Of a DNA stretch of 64,000 nt, positions 44,784 to 56,402 are shown in pieces. A program made the position numbers and the translations under genes. The notes under the pieces were generated by a model. It did no database searches. It saw nothing but the letters and a program-made list of their open reading frames with translations, and was not told the origin of the DNA. The DNA is taken from contig OZ251224.1 of the NCBI GenBank assembly GCA_965240325.2, positions 3,348,001 to 3,412,000 of the forward strand, given 5' to 3'. This stretch comes from Rebecca billardiae RCC1528. Lineage: Eukaryota; Protista; Haptophyta. Position 1 is the first letter of the stretch. Every line of letters begins with the position of its first letter.

Positions 44784-44949
44784 GTCTATGATCGGCTACG
44801 CCGATCTTCGGGTAGTGAACTGTTAACGAAGTTGATTGAGGGCGCACGGCCCTAGCAGCCGGCTTGTGACGACACGGTCGGACGGTCGGACGGTGCATGC
44901 GCCGTGCAGCCGAGTCACACTGGCGAGTCAGCCGACTGCCAAGTGCTCG

Positions 44950-45950
44950 GCTCAGTGTAACGGTGACGCAGCTGAGGCAGAGGCGGCGCGCAATAAGATC
45001 CGACAGCCGGGCGGCGGCGCCGGGGGTGCACGCGAGCTCGCACGCGCGTTGTGTGCGCAGCCGCGCTGCGCGCAGAGCAGCCACAGCGCCGCGCCCGACC
45101 ACTTCGCGAGAAGGCAGAAGCCGCTCGGCGCCGCGCGCGGCGGCCGAGCAGCGGCGCCTCCGCGGCGCGCGCCGCGCCGCCGCCGCCCGCCTAGCAGCCA
45201 GGACCACGGCGCGCGAGCGGCTTGCGGCTTGCGGCGGCGGCGGGCAGCGGCGGCGCGGCGAGCGCGCACAGCGCCCCCTCGAGCGAGTCCCATAGCCGCG
45301 CGAGCGCGCCCGCACGCCGAGCGCCGCGGGTCGCGCGCCGCGCGCCATCGCCCACACGGCCGCGGCCGCGTGCGCCGCCGTCCGCCACGAGGGCGCGGTG
45401 CAGTGGTGCGAGCCACAGCGCCGCGCCCGACCACTGCGCGAGAAGCCGCTGCGCCGCGCGCGGCGGCAGCAGCGGCGCCTCCGCAGCGCGCCACGCCGCC
45501 GCCGCCGGCGCGCCTCGCCGCAGCCGCGGCGCGCGAGCGGCCTGCGGCTTGCGGCGGCGGCGGGCACGGGGCAGCGGCGGCTCGGCGAGCGCGCACAGCG
45601 CTCCCTCGAGCGAGTCCATAGCCGCGCGAGCGCGCCCGCACGGCCGAGCGCCGCCGCGTACGTCGGGTCCCCTCGAGCGAGTCCATAGCCGCGCGAGCGC
45701 GCCCGCACGGCCGAGCGCCGCCGCGTACGTCGGGTCACGCGCCGCGCGCCATCGCCCACGGCGGCCCGGCGGACGCCGTCACTCACGCCGGGCCGTCCGC
45801 CACGAGGGCGCGGTGCGGTGGCGCACGCGGCGGGGTCGGCGGGGTCGAGCGCGCAGTGCGCAATCACCTCGAGCAGCAGCTGCGCCACCTCGTACGCGCG
45901 CAGCGTCGGCGCGTCGGCGTGCGGCGCGTGGTGTGGCGCGGCACGTGTGA
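44950..45950 (-). pseudogene. Internally duplicated, frameshifted gene fragment
   Basis: The module CCCTCGAGCGAGTCC(C)ATAGCCGCGCGAGCGCGCCCGCACG occurs three times (~45276, ~45603, ~45670). Peptide relics DSLEGALCALA, WSGAALWL and HRALVADG each recur in different frames. Confidence 0.5.
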
Positions 45951-45959
45951 CGTGACGCC

Positions 45960-46640
45960 TCGCACGGGGGTCCGATTTTAAAAGTGACGGTTCACGACCC
46001 GCAACTCGCGCTTATTATTATGGTTCCAGGCTGCTCACAATTTTAATCACATCACGCGGGTGATCACTAATCACCTTTACAATTTACAGGTGATTAACAA
46101 ACCAGTTGGAGACCACGCTGATTGGCTTTGAATCGGATCTCGATATCAAGAAGCCAGGCTTCTTGATTTTGTTCACCGATGAATTGTCCTATGACTACTC
46201 ATGCTGAATATGGGCATGAGAATCTTGGGTTGACACCGCAAAATTTGGATTTCCCCTTTCAAGCTGTCCAGGACACATTCGTTTTCAGAGAGCTTTTAAT
46301 CCTCGCAGATAGAGGTACGTCGAATGCCACCCGCATTGGGCCAAGAAGGCGTGCTATTCAGCGAGGGAATTGTCCTATTAGTATCTATGCCTGCAGAAAG
46401 AAATTAATACGAGCAGGGGAATCGGATAGTACGAACGCAATCAAGCGTCATCAAGGGGGTTGAATGCCATTCACTACGACACTAGCAGCTCTCCCCCTGC
46501 TACAACTCTACAAGTACAAAATCCCCACCAGCATCACGCGCGCCATTATCTTTTTTGATTTTGCGGAGCACGTGCGCCGCCCCCCCCGGCTTTCGCTCAC
46601 GCTCAGACCTTTCGGGGGGGGCGTGCGCCATTAATTAACC
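45960..46640. mobile_element. Lower-GC, hairpin-rich non-coding segment, probable DNA transposon end
   Basis: Inverted repeats at 46068-46096, 46145-46167, ~46198-46220, ~46484-46502 and 46574-46628, ending at ATTAATTAA. Confidence 0.4.
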
Positions 46641-46671
46641 GTAACGACGTGCGGTATGCCGACTACGCGGC

Positions 46672-46872
46672 GGCAGGCGTCAGAGTCATCAGCAAGCTGT
46701 AGTGTCAGCGCCAGCAGATCGAGCGCAGCAGAGACAAACACCAGGATCAGCGCTCCTCGCCGTCGCCCCCCCCCCCCCCTCGTAGTCGCCCACATCTCCA
46801 TCGCCGAGCGGAAGCTCGACGCACCGTCTGGGCGGGAGTCACTGAGTGAGAGTCTGGCGTCGACGCGCGCGC
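46672..46872 (+). repeat. Dispersed ~200-bp repeat, copy B
   Basis: Homologous to 941-1135. Confidence 0.8.
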
Positions 46873-47748
46873 GCTACCGCGGTGGCCCGCGGTGCCACGC
46901 GTCGTCAGCCGTCGTCTCGAAGGAGTCGTCGTACGCAGCGCCCCCGCGGGCGCGTGCCCCCGCCAGCCCCCGGGCGCACGTGCGCCATGCGATTCACATA
47001 TATATATATGACACCACTTTGGGCATCACGGGACGATGCACTCTGACTCAGACTCCGGTCCGATGCAGTCTCAGTCTGACAGTTTCCTCAGACTCTCACT
47101 AACTAAATACTGAGTCTCTACGTCTGAGACTGATTACTCGCCCGGCTCGGATTAGTCGGAAGCGGGCGCAATGCTGAATGAACTGAATGAAGCGCACTGA
47201 CAGTGACACTGACTGCATCTGCTGTGACTGCGAAGTACAGCCGTACTGTCGTAACTGACGTAAGCACCAAGTGGCAAGTCCAAGCTGACGTCAACATGGT
47301 CATGGAGCACTAGCTCATTACTCACATTAGACGCTACATTAATCCTACTGAGTAATCCGATACTCTCCCGGCACTACTACTAGCTAGATAGCCGACAGTT
47401 ACACAGAGTGACATTCTATAATAAATGAGTGACTGAGTGAGTCAGTCTGACTTATAACTCTCGGCGGAACTGAGACCGACAGACTACTGTAAGCTTTGTT
47501 TACTGCTTGGTAGCGAGGCTGTCATAAACTCATAACACCCTCGGACCATCGGACCTTGCTGATTCTAACCGCCTATCATAGCGGAGCTCGCGGAAGGGCA
47601 GTGCTGAGTGCTGGGCGATACTATTGACGGCGGCGTATTTAGCGATACCCGTCCGATCGAAACGGATCGTAACGACTCAACGAAACCTGCGAGCGGTGGC
47701 GGTTCGCCGCGCATTCTTTTGGGCGCCGTCCGACTGGAAAGCGTGACG

Positions 47749-48602
47749 ATGATGTCGGCCGTCCCGCTACGAACATGGCAGCAGCGGAAGCGCCATCATG
47801 ATGACGAAGTGCGCAAAGGAGCTGATGACGAGCAAGCGGACGACGACCCACCGCTGGTGGACTGCCTCGACCACGGCCTCGCGCTGCTGGACAACGTCAG
47901 AATCCCAGCGACCCTCCTGGCGGCAGCTGCGCTCGCCACGCTGAGCGCCGTGCTCGACCAGATCGACAAGTTTGACTGGGACATTCTGGAGTTCTTCAAC
48001 GTGATGGCCCTCGGGACGAGCGTGGCCTTCGAGTTCACATCAGTCTTCGTCTCGACCTCCACGAGTGTGCGCATGATGGGAGGTGGGTACGATCCCATGG
48101 CCCGCAACGCCGTTGAGATGCTCCGCCGCGAACACGAGTTTGCCTACCTCAATGTGTGCGCTGCGAGCAACAAAATACTCGTATCGCGCATGCCATGCGC
48201 GTAGGCGTCTGACCGCTGCGGCCTCGCGACCATGCTGCGCCGCCTCAGGTGCGGCTGTGCTTCTTCACCGGGCTCCTGTTGTACATCATCAGCCTCGCCA
48301 TCTCGACCTGGTTGGTGCTGTCGCACACCTCGTTGGAGCTGGCAGCAGCGAGCGTGTTTCTCTTCGCATCTCTCCTGCTGCAGCTGATCGCATTTTTCAA
48401 TGCAACTGCGCTGCAATACACGGGCGGCTTCGTTGGCATGTGGCGCCGCCTCATGGAGCTGTACCTGCAGGGATATGCACACCGTGGCTCACCGCTCACA
48501 CTGCTCTCGATCGCGTGCGGCTTTGGATGGGGCGTCTGCACGGCGATCGGCGTTTGGCGCACCTGTGCAAAGCCGTCGTCTGCGCATGGGAACAAAACAT
48601 AG
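47749..48602 (+). CDS. Multi-pass membrane protein of unknown function; exons 47749-48153 and 48249-48602
   Basis: NVRIPATLLAAAAL and further TM segments. The phase-0 intron GTGTGC...TCAG (95 nt) joins two ORFs. Confidence 0.7.
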
Positions 48603-48855
48603 CGCAACGCACGGGCTCATCACTACACGGAATCGGATCCGGATCCGCCCGATCCGGCGACGGACTCGCGTCGGAGCAGACGAGGCGGCATTATTAATAT
48701 ATCATTATTTATAATTAAATATATATGACCGCGTTCCGCGGTCCTTCCGTAGAACCAACGCAGTTAGGGACCCGCGGTGCACCCTCCGTCGGCTGCTGTC
48801 TTGCAGTCTGCTGTCTGGCATGTGTAACAGTTTAGACGCCTGAGCTGCCATCAAC

Positions 48856-49815
48856 TCAGTTGCCGCTGACCGGGGCCGGGCCGGCGGGTGGCCGTGCCAG
48901 CGGGACTGTCGCCGATAGCCAGTCCGCGACCGCAGCATGTACCGGTTGAAACGTCGCTACCATTGATGCCTCCACCCTCCACCTGGTCGTCGGGGATTGC
49001 AAGCATGGCTGCGTCGAGTACAGGGTCATGGAACTCGTCGACCCCGGCTCGTACTCCTCTATCGCTGCCAGCAAGCTGCGCGTTGGCTCCAACTCGCTGG
49101 GCCACTCACAGTTGACATGAGCGAGCGCCGGACACGGTGCTGCTGCTGGACTGCTCCGTCGCGGCGGATGTGGCGAGCGAGACGATGGAAGGGCTCGCGA
49201 GCAGCGCCGCCAGCAGCGCGCCGAGGTAGCACGTGGTGCCGAGGTTGCGCGTGCCCAGGCAGGCTGAGCATGCCGGCCTGGCGCGCGCTCGGCTGCTTGG
49301 AGGCCGAGTGCATCGGAGTGGAGGGCCGCTCCGAATCGCGCTGGCCCTCGCGCGGCACGCCTGCGCCTGCCGCCGAATCGCGCTGGCCCGCGCGCCGCGC
49401 GCCTGTGCGGTGTGCCTGCATCAGCGCCCCCGCCCCCGCGGGGCGGGCGGGCGGCTGCTGGCGGCTGATCACCGTCGAACGCTGCGAGCGGCGCGAAGCG
49501 GTTTGCGGCAGCGCTTGTGGTGAAGTCCGTGATCAGGCGTTTCGCGCCACCGCCGCCGAGCGTGCCCACCGCCTCCAGCGCAGAGCGGACCCCGTCGAGG
49601 AGGTGGGAGATCACGGCGCACGCTGCACGGCCGTGCTTCTGGGCAGCCGCCGAGAGCGTGTGCTTTCCTCGCACGACGGCGATAGCTGCCTCGATGTATA
49701 CGAGCGTGTTCACGTTCATCGTTTTCTTGACGAGCCCAACCTCACGCAGAGCGGCTCAGTACGCGGCGCGCGCAGTCCTCCTCGGCGTCGCAAGTCCATG
49801 CAGTCGTCGCGGCAT
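48856..49815 (-). pseudogene. Decayed ORF with an HTH-psq (pogo/CENP-B type)-like N-terminus
   Basis: EAAIAVVRGKHTLSAAAQKHG resembles the psq helix-turn-helix. The upstream in-frame ATG at 49815 is separated by a TGA at codon 20, and RRAARGPARFG is internally duplicated. Confidence 0.4.
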
Positions 49816-49919
49816 GCTGTAGTGGCCAACTGTCGATCTACCGGCACCGTGGGCAAAGCGGGTCGTCCTCGCGACGCGAAGTTTCACCATATTATTATGG
49901 CATGCTGCTGATGCTATAC

Positions 49920-50770
49920 TTTTGATTGGAGGGCGCGCGGGTCAGTTTGTTATGGGGAGGGTGTGAAAGACCGAGTACAGTTTACGTTACGGCAAAGAGC
50001 TTCGAGGACAACCGCGGCCGGGCTCGGCGGCTTCGGCGGTTTTTCGGCCATCGCGGCCACCGCCGTTGCGCCGGCCAGGGCGGCAAGGGCCACACGTCTC
50101 GTTGTCTGCAAAAACTCGGAGGCGTGGCCACATGCACGCTTCGAACGGCGTCGGCGGCATACCGACGACGCTTTTGGTCGGTTATCGAAACGGCAAGGCG
50201 TTCAGCACGGCATAGGAAAGTACGAATGGCATATGCGAGCGAGTACTTCTCCACACATTCTTGTAGGTTGTCCTAGGAGGCCGGTTTGTATGAAAGTAAT
50301 CCCCACGCCACATACAAAGAATCGAGATCGCGCGCGCGGACATTGTCGTATTTGCCAATACGGTAGAGGAGTCGGGGGGGGAGCATCAGGTAAAAGTGTG
50401 TTGTGCGTAAGAATAAGAGACGCACACAGCTCAGGCAGGCGAGATTAATTTGATGGTGGTTGGTAGCAACGGGCCATGATGATTGCGACGAAACTTAATG
50501 CACGAACGATTAGGAGGGGCGCGTGCGCAAAGTCAGTATAGTATCTTTCAGCAGTATTAGGGGGTAAAAGGCGCGGGTGTGAAAGACCGAACAACAACTA
50601 ATCACTGATGACCGAGCAAGGGGGTTGAACCCCCTTGGACCGAGCAGCAACGGCCACGGGTCATGATTGCGACAAAACTTAACGCACGTACGATTAGGAC
50701 GGGCACATGCACAAATTGTCAGTTCCGTACCGTTCATCATGATATTCGATTGAAGGGCGCGCGTATGAGA
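49920..50770. repeat. AT-rich segment with imperfect internal direct repeats, probable transposon subterminal region
   Basis: ATGATTGCGAC.AAACTTAA.GCACG.ACGATTAGGA lies within 50465-50537 and 50646-50724. GGGTGTGAAAGACCGA occurs at ~49959 and ~50575. Confidence 0.6.
50408..50445 (+). repeat. Dispersed 38-bp motif TAAGAATAAGAGACGCACACAGCTCAGGCAGGCGAGAT
   Basis: Exact match to 58952-58989; variant copies at 18081-18144 and 21371-21434. Confidence 0.9.
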
Positions 50771-50870
50771 TTCTAGATTCAATATGAGATTGCTATTGAG
50801 CTTGATGATCGAATGATCGTTAGAACTGTTTAACCGCTTATTGCACAATATGGCTGGGGCGGCGAGTAGT

Positions 50871-52140
50871 CCATGCGAGCCGCGCAGCGCAGGTGGATCG
50901 CGCTTTGCAGCAGCTCAAGGCCGCGCTCAAGCTTTACGATCGCGGTGCAGGCTATGCTCTGCCACCAACGCCGACTTCGTGTCGACGATCGGGCACTGCC
51001 GCCGACGAATCAGGAGACCCGCGTCGTCCTAACTGGTCCTGTGTCGTTAAATCATAGAATGAGTCTGTCTGTCCAGCATGGCCACGTGACCCGGACGATG
51101 CCCAGCGTCGCCACGAACACCGAGCCCGAGGGGACTTTCCCCGGCGAGCTGCGCTTCTCCGACCGCGCATTGTGTGACGGATCGAAGCGCACCGCCGCGG
51201 ATGGCCTCTCGCGCTGGTGGACCATCACGCTTCCGGATGGCACGCGGCTGACGCACTCCATCGCCAGCGGACGGCCACGCAGGAGGCTGGCTCTGCTTCT
51301 CCACAGGGAAAACCCGCCGGCCCCCGCCGGCGGCGCAAGGGAGGTCGTGGCGCGCCTTCTACTGCTCCCCCGCGGACCGCCCAGCACGCAGCGCGCACGC
51401 CGGCCTCGCCGGTGCGCCCGCCCGCCGCGCAGGGCTCGGACGCTGAGGCGCTGCCGGCGAACGACGAGCAGCAGCACTCTCAGAAGCGGAAGAAGAAGCC
51501 CCGGCGTGGGAAGCGCGGGCAACGGCGCGACGCCGAGGGCCGACGGATTCGTTCTCCATCGAGCCGTCGCTCCTCGACGCGCCGCGCCGTCAAGGAACGC
51601 CAGGCGCGCAAGGCGGCGCGCCTGGCACCGACCGCTGCACCCACGCCAGTCCCTGCTGCCCCGCTCCACGAGGACCGAGACTCGCCCCCGGGCGACGATT
51701 TGGACGACGAGGAGCTGCCGCAGCAGCGGACGAAGCGCACCCTGGACGACGCCGCAGCGCCAGCCGCCGCCAGCCAGCCAGCTGGCTCGAGCGGCAGGCG
51801 CGTACGCGACCGCCCGGGGAGCACGGGGCAGGCTCGACCAGCTGCTACCAGCGGCTGAGACTGCCAGCTGACATCCGGACCTGCACCATCGCCCTCGCTC
51901 GGGGCACAGCAGGGCCATGCGAGCCGCGCAGCGCAGGTGGGTCGCGCTCCAGCAGCTCAAGGCCGCGCTCAAGCAATCCGATCGCGGTGCAGGCTATGCT
52001 CTGCCACCAACGCCGACTTCGTGTCGACGTGATCGGGCCACTCACACTGCCGGCGGTGACTGCCGCCGACGAATCAGGAGACCCGCGGCCGCGTCGTCCT
52101 ACCTGTGTCGTTAAATCATAGAATGAGTCAGTGTCTGTCA
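50871..52140 (+). repeat. Pair of ~200-225-bp direct repeats (50871-51073 and 51915-52140) around an ~840-bp GC-rich core
   Basis: Both run CCATGCGAGCCGCGCAGCGCAGGTGG...CCTGTGTCGTTAAATCATAGAATGAGTC, offset by 1044 bp. Confidence 0.85.
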
Positions 52141-52276
52141 GTGCCTGCTGCTGTCTTAGGACATGTAGCTACTGAGTTCGCGAGTCATCGCCAAGCTTCG
52201 TTTGCCTGAGCTGCTGCCACCAGCGCGTAAAGTGTGCGCTGATGGGCACCTCCTCGTCTGCGCACGGGCTGCGTCT

Positions 52277-52999
52277 CCTCATCCACTGAGTGCACGGCCT
52301 GCGCGGCGGCCGGGCCGCGGCGGGGTGGCGCGCACCGCCGGGGGGACGCACGCGCCGCGGGCCGAGATTAGTCCGGCCTCTTCGGCTCCGTGGCGAGCCC
52401 GCGGGGCGGACGAGCGGACTGCTGCGCGCCGCAGCAGGAGCAGCGCGCGGCGCGCAGCGCTCCGCGCGCAGCAGGGCCGTCTCATCCACCGAGTGCACTG
52501 CCTGCGCGGCGGCGGCGGCCGGCGCGCGCCGCCGGGGGGACGCACGCGCCGCGGGCCGAGATTAGTCCGGCCGCCGAGCCGCGGTGGCGGCGTCGGCGTG
52601 CGCGCCGGGCGAGGTGGGCGAGCTCGCGCGGCCCCAGGGGCTCAGCCGCTCAGCACGCCCGTGCACAGCGCCGACCGCGGTGGCGAGCGCGCACCGCTCG
52701 GCCGCGGTGGCAACCGCCTTTGTCGCGTCGTCGCGGCTGAGCGGTTGTTGGAAGCCGCGAGAGCCGTCGACCTCGGCTGCCGCGAGCGCCTCCTGCGGAG
52801 GCGCCGTCGCCGCTGCCGCTCTGACCGCGCCGCGCACGCCTGCGCCGCCTGCGCCGCCCACGCCGTCTGCGCCGCGAGCATCGTGCTCGTCGTCACGGCC
52901 GCGCCGACGTGAGCCGCGCCCGTGTCAGCCGCGCCGCGCGCGAGCGCGGGCGCGGCAGTGCGAGCACCGCCGCCGCCACCACCACTGTCGTCAGCACCA

Positions 53000-53057
<58 letters not shown>

Positions 53058-53062
53058 AGTCA

Positions 53063-53104
<42 letters not shown>

Positions 53105-53430
53105 TCGCCGCCCGCGCCGCCGCCCGCGCCGCCGCCCTCGCTCGGCGCGTGCGGCGCGCGCGGCGCGCGCGGCTCGCCGGGCGCGCGCGGCGCGCTGCCG
53201 CTCACTGCGAGCGGCGCTGCGCCTTGGCCACCTGGCGGAGCGCGCGGTGCATCTGCGGGTTGATCGGCTTGCCCGCCGCCTTGCCCTGCACCGTGAGTGA
53301 GCGCATGTACGTCGTGATGGCCGCCTCCTCCGCCGCCGTGTACCGCGCCTCCGGCAGCGACACGCGCCCAGCCAGACTCGCACGGTCACCGACTCGCGCT
53401 TGCGCCACGTCGCCGGGTTGCGCCGCGTGA
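52277..53430 (-). pseudogene. Degenerate gene-like region with a duplicated branch-point/acceptor module, a (GCC)n tract and a Myb-like peptide relic
   Basis: 52277-52378 resembles 52481-52573 (minus strand GGACTAAT...GCGCAG|G). (GCC)n spans ~52965-53135, and the peptide RYTAAEEAAITTYM is present. Confidence 0.35.
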
Positions 53431-53635
53431 CGTGCACCGCCTCCACCTCGATCACCGCCGCGTTGAACGACGCTCGGCCCCGCGAAGCTGTCCCGACTGC
53501 ACTGGTTTTTGGTGAGCGACGAGGGCGGTTGATTAAAAACAGGACAACGCTCCGCCCAAGGACTGGGCGGGCCGCCGCCGGACGGGTTACCGTAACGCCG
53601 AAAATTGGTTTCTTTGCTGTGATCGAATGAAGATA

Positions 53636-53760
53636 GATAGCGATTACGGTTATCTCTGCTTCGGCCTGAGTACCCCATGATAGCGATTACGGTCATCTCT
53701 GCTTCGGCAAGAATCAGAACCACACGAGATAATAGCGTTTACGGCGATCTCGACTAGGTC
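53636..53760. repeat. Three spaced ~30-bp direct repeats (GATAGCGATTACGGTYATCTCTGCTTCGGC)
   Basis: Copies at 53636-53665 and 53679-53708, and a degenerate copy at 53732-53760. Confidence 0.8.
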
Positions 53761-54360
53761 GTAGCTCCCGTAGCTCCAATGAACGGTTTTGCTGGGATCC
53801 TTCTTCTAACAAGTTTTGGACTCGAAACAATCAAACGTCGCTCGGCAAACTCGTACTTCAGCATACAAGAATGACAAAAATACTCACTTGTTTCACCCCC
53901 GGGGTATCTGATCCCACGTCCGTCCATCGACATACGGCGAATTGGCGGGCGCGCTTATTTCGTCAATGCGTCTTGCTAATGCAGAGCAATGGGCCAATGT
54001 ACCCCTCGAAAAAGCGAAAACTCAGTACTCACCCGCTCCAACGGCCCTTAAAATCGTCCCCCGTCCCCCTTTCTTTGATCAAAAGATCTTTTTGACAACG
54101 TAGTGAGGGCCCTCGGCGAGGGCTGCACGCTACGCGCTCCGCCCTGCACCGCGGGCCATAATACGTCGAGTCAGTCTGACTCCGTTGCGGCCGCTTGCGG
54201 CTTGCCAGAGTCACATACTGCAGTGATGGTTCGTCGTCCGGCTATGATAATAATATAAAAAAATTCGCGCATCACTGGGCGTCGTAGCAGAACCGATGGC
54301 GGTGTAGTGCTCGACGGTGGCCGCCGCGCCGGGCAGGGTCAGCAGGGACAAGCCATGCGA

Positions 54361-55851
54361 TCACGGCGGCAGCGTAATAGTAGCCTTCAAGGTCGCCTGC
54401 AGTGTGAGCACAGCATCCTCTGCGCGCCACATAGAGGTAGCCGTTGATGTCGCTCCCCCACAATCGTGCGCAAACTCAGTAGCAGGCCTAGCCGCCCCAA
54501 TGCCGCCAGCCGCTGCTGGGGACACATCGCGCTGGGCGCAGTGAGCGGCACGCACTGCATCGATCCCCAGCACCAGGAGAGAGCACACCTCGCCTGGCAG
54601 CGCGAAGCTGAGCGCACCCGCTGCCGCAGCAGCCGTGCCCTCAGCAGCCGCCACAGCACACTGCCTCTGCGCGGGCCATTGGCACACGCAGTGATCAGCG
54701 CGCGCCGGCGTCATCGACGCGACCACTGCTGCCGGCAGTGGCCCCACGCCCAAAGGCCTGTGTCCCACCCACACGTTGACGAGGAGGGACATCCGCGTCC
54801 ACGGCTCAGCACACGGCCGGGCAAGCTGGCTCGGACAGCCGTGCAGCAGCTGGCCATCGAACACGAGCTGCTTGCCAGAGACCGGGTAGCTTGCAAGCAC
54901 GTCGACACGCGTGCTGTGCCCGGCTGGCGCGGCGGCGGCGGCGGGCAGCATGGCGACGAGCTGCTCGCGTGTCCACGGGATGCAGAGCGTCGGCGCGCCC
55001 GCGTCGGACAGGTAGGTCACCGTCGAGTACAGAGGTGGCGCGTGCAGGCCGTGCGCCATTGCCAGGCTCTCATCGCGATCAAAGTGGAAGGCAATCGACT
55101 GCTGCTGGCGTGCATGCTCACTCGAGCGCAGCTGCACCCACACCTCCGCGCCCGAGCGATCGCGCTCAGCCTGCGGGAGCGCGTCGAGAACGGGCCGTCC
55201 GTACCGCTCGAACACCTCCAGCGCCAGCTGCTCAACCAGGCAGCGAGGGTGTGCGCCTGCAGGGCACCACCACGTTCGCCCAGCAGTGCCCGCGCCCGCG
55301 CACGAGACGAGGTGCTGCACGTCGCGTCGCAGGGCTTGTACGTCTACGTCGTGCACGCACGTGTCCCATGCCGCAATATCGACGGCATGCGCGCGCGAGC
55401 GCACATCGGCGCTGCGAGCCGTGCTCTGCTGCTCGCAGCTGGCACAATCGGCGAGCGCCTGTATTGGCAGCAACGCACACGGGGAGGAGTGTTGTGCCAC
55501 CCTGACCGCGTCAAGAAGGATGATCGGCGTGCCCTCGAGGAGGGCGATGTCGATCACAACTGTGTACCCACCCGAATCGACCGAGCAACTCGAGATCGCC
55601 TTCGATGCGGTCGACTTGATAGGCGCCCACGCCTCGGAGTCGCACAGCTTGATGCCACCCGTGGACGCGACCACTTCTCCTGCTCGGAGAACGGCGGCAT
55701 GGATGGTGCTCGCGCGTGTGAGATCGACGGTTCTATGTGGGCCGCGGAAGAGGACACTGCCCTCGGCGGCGAGAGGCGACAGGACGCAGACCTCGCTGCA
55801 AAGACCACGAGTGTTGTCCACGTCCACGCGGACGTTCACGTGCGACGCCAT
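54361..55851 (-). CDS. 2OG-Fe(II) oxygenase-like protein
   Basis: GAEVWVQ, IAFHFDRDE (HxD), STVTYLSD.GAPT, LVFDGQLLHG (distal His) and RMSLLVNVW (Arg). Confidence 0.75.
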   Translation of the reverse strand: MASHVNVRVDVDNTRGLCSEVCVLSPLAAEGSVLFRGPHRTVDLTRASTIHAAVLRAGEVVASTGGIKLCDSEAWAPIKSTASKAISSCSVDSGGYTVVIDIALLEGTPIILLDAVRVAQHSSPCALLPIQALADCASCEQQSTARSADVRSRAHAVDIAAWDTCVHDVDVQALRRDVQHLVSCAGAGTAGRTWWCPAGAHPRCLVEQLALEVFERYGRPVLDALPQAERDRSGAEVWVQLRSSEHARQQQSIAFHFDRDESLAMAHGLHAPPLYSTVTYLSDAGAPTLCIPWTREQLVAMLPAAAAAPAGHSTRVDVLASYPVSGKQLVFDGQLLHGCPSQLARPCAEPWTRMSLLVNVWVGHRPLGVGPLPAAVVASMTPARADHCVCQWPAQRQCAVAAAEGTAAAAAGALSFALPGEVCSLLVLGIDAVRAAHCAQRDVSPAAAGGIGAARPATEFAHDCGGATSTATSMWRAEDAVLTLQATLKATITLPP

Positions 55852-56009
55852 CGTCTTCGCCGCCGGGAGACGGCCAGTCTGTTGTTCACCGGAATGCTTT
55901 CAGCAGTTGCTGGAGCTGCGAGCGAGCCACCGGACGGCTGCGCAACCGCGGGCCGGATTTGATAATGGCGTCGAGCCCGCGTCGAGGTCGTGCAGCAGGT
56001 CGCCGCCGC

Positions 56010-56402
56010 ATGGCAACGCTCGGCGCGATCACACTCATCGCTGCCACAGCGAGCGGACTTGCGCGTAAAGCGCCATTCACCCCTTCCCGTGCTCGCAGGC
56101 AAACGCCACGGCACTTCAGGATGCAGCGCGGCGGTGATGATGACGAGCTATACAGATCGCTGCGCTCACGGATTGCGAATATCGAGAACGATGAGCTGCG
56201 CGCAGAGCTGGAGGATGACCCATGGGCGCGCGCACGAGAAGCCATGCCCGTGAGCGGCGAGTTCCTCGAGGCCATGAACGCGCTCAAGGAGCAACGCGCA
56301 CGGCAGCGACGCGTGCAGCGCCAGCTTGCAGTGCTCGGTGTAATGATCGCACTGCTTGGTGCTTGTGGCTGGCATTGGCTTGGCAGGGTCAACATGGGAT
56401 GA
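56010..56402 (+). CDS. Small protein with a signal/transit-like N-terminus and a C-terminal TM, possibly plastid-targeted
   Basis: MATLGAITLIAATASGL followed by an Arg-rich transit-like stretch, DELYRSLRSRI, and the TM LAVLGVMIALLGACGW. Confidence 0.55.
   Translation: MATLGAITLIAATASGLARKAPFTPSRARRQTPRHFRMQRGGDDDELYRSLRSRIANIENDELRAELEDDPWARAREAMPVSGEFLEAMNALKEQRARQRRVQRQLAVLGVMIALLGACGWHWLGRVNMG

Noticed and set aside
50871-52140. Canonical LTR retrotransposon or TRIM
   Set aside because: No TG...CA termini, PBS, PPT or TSD could be seen.
52642-53263. Gly-rich or Pro-rich structural protein ORFs
   Set aside because: All frames are open because of a (GCC)n tract, so the real frame cannot be determined.
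53636-53760. CRISPR array
   Set aside because: Only three repeats, spacers of 13 and 23 bp, no cas genes, and a eukaryotic context.
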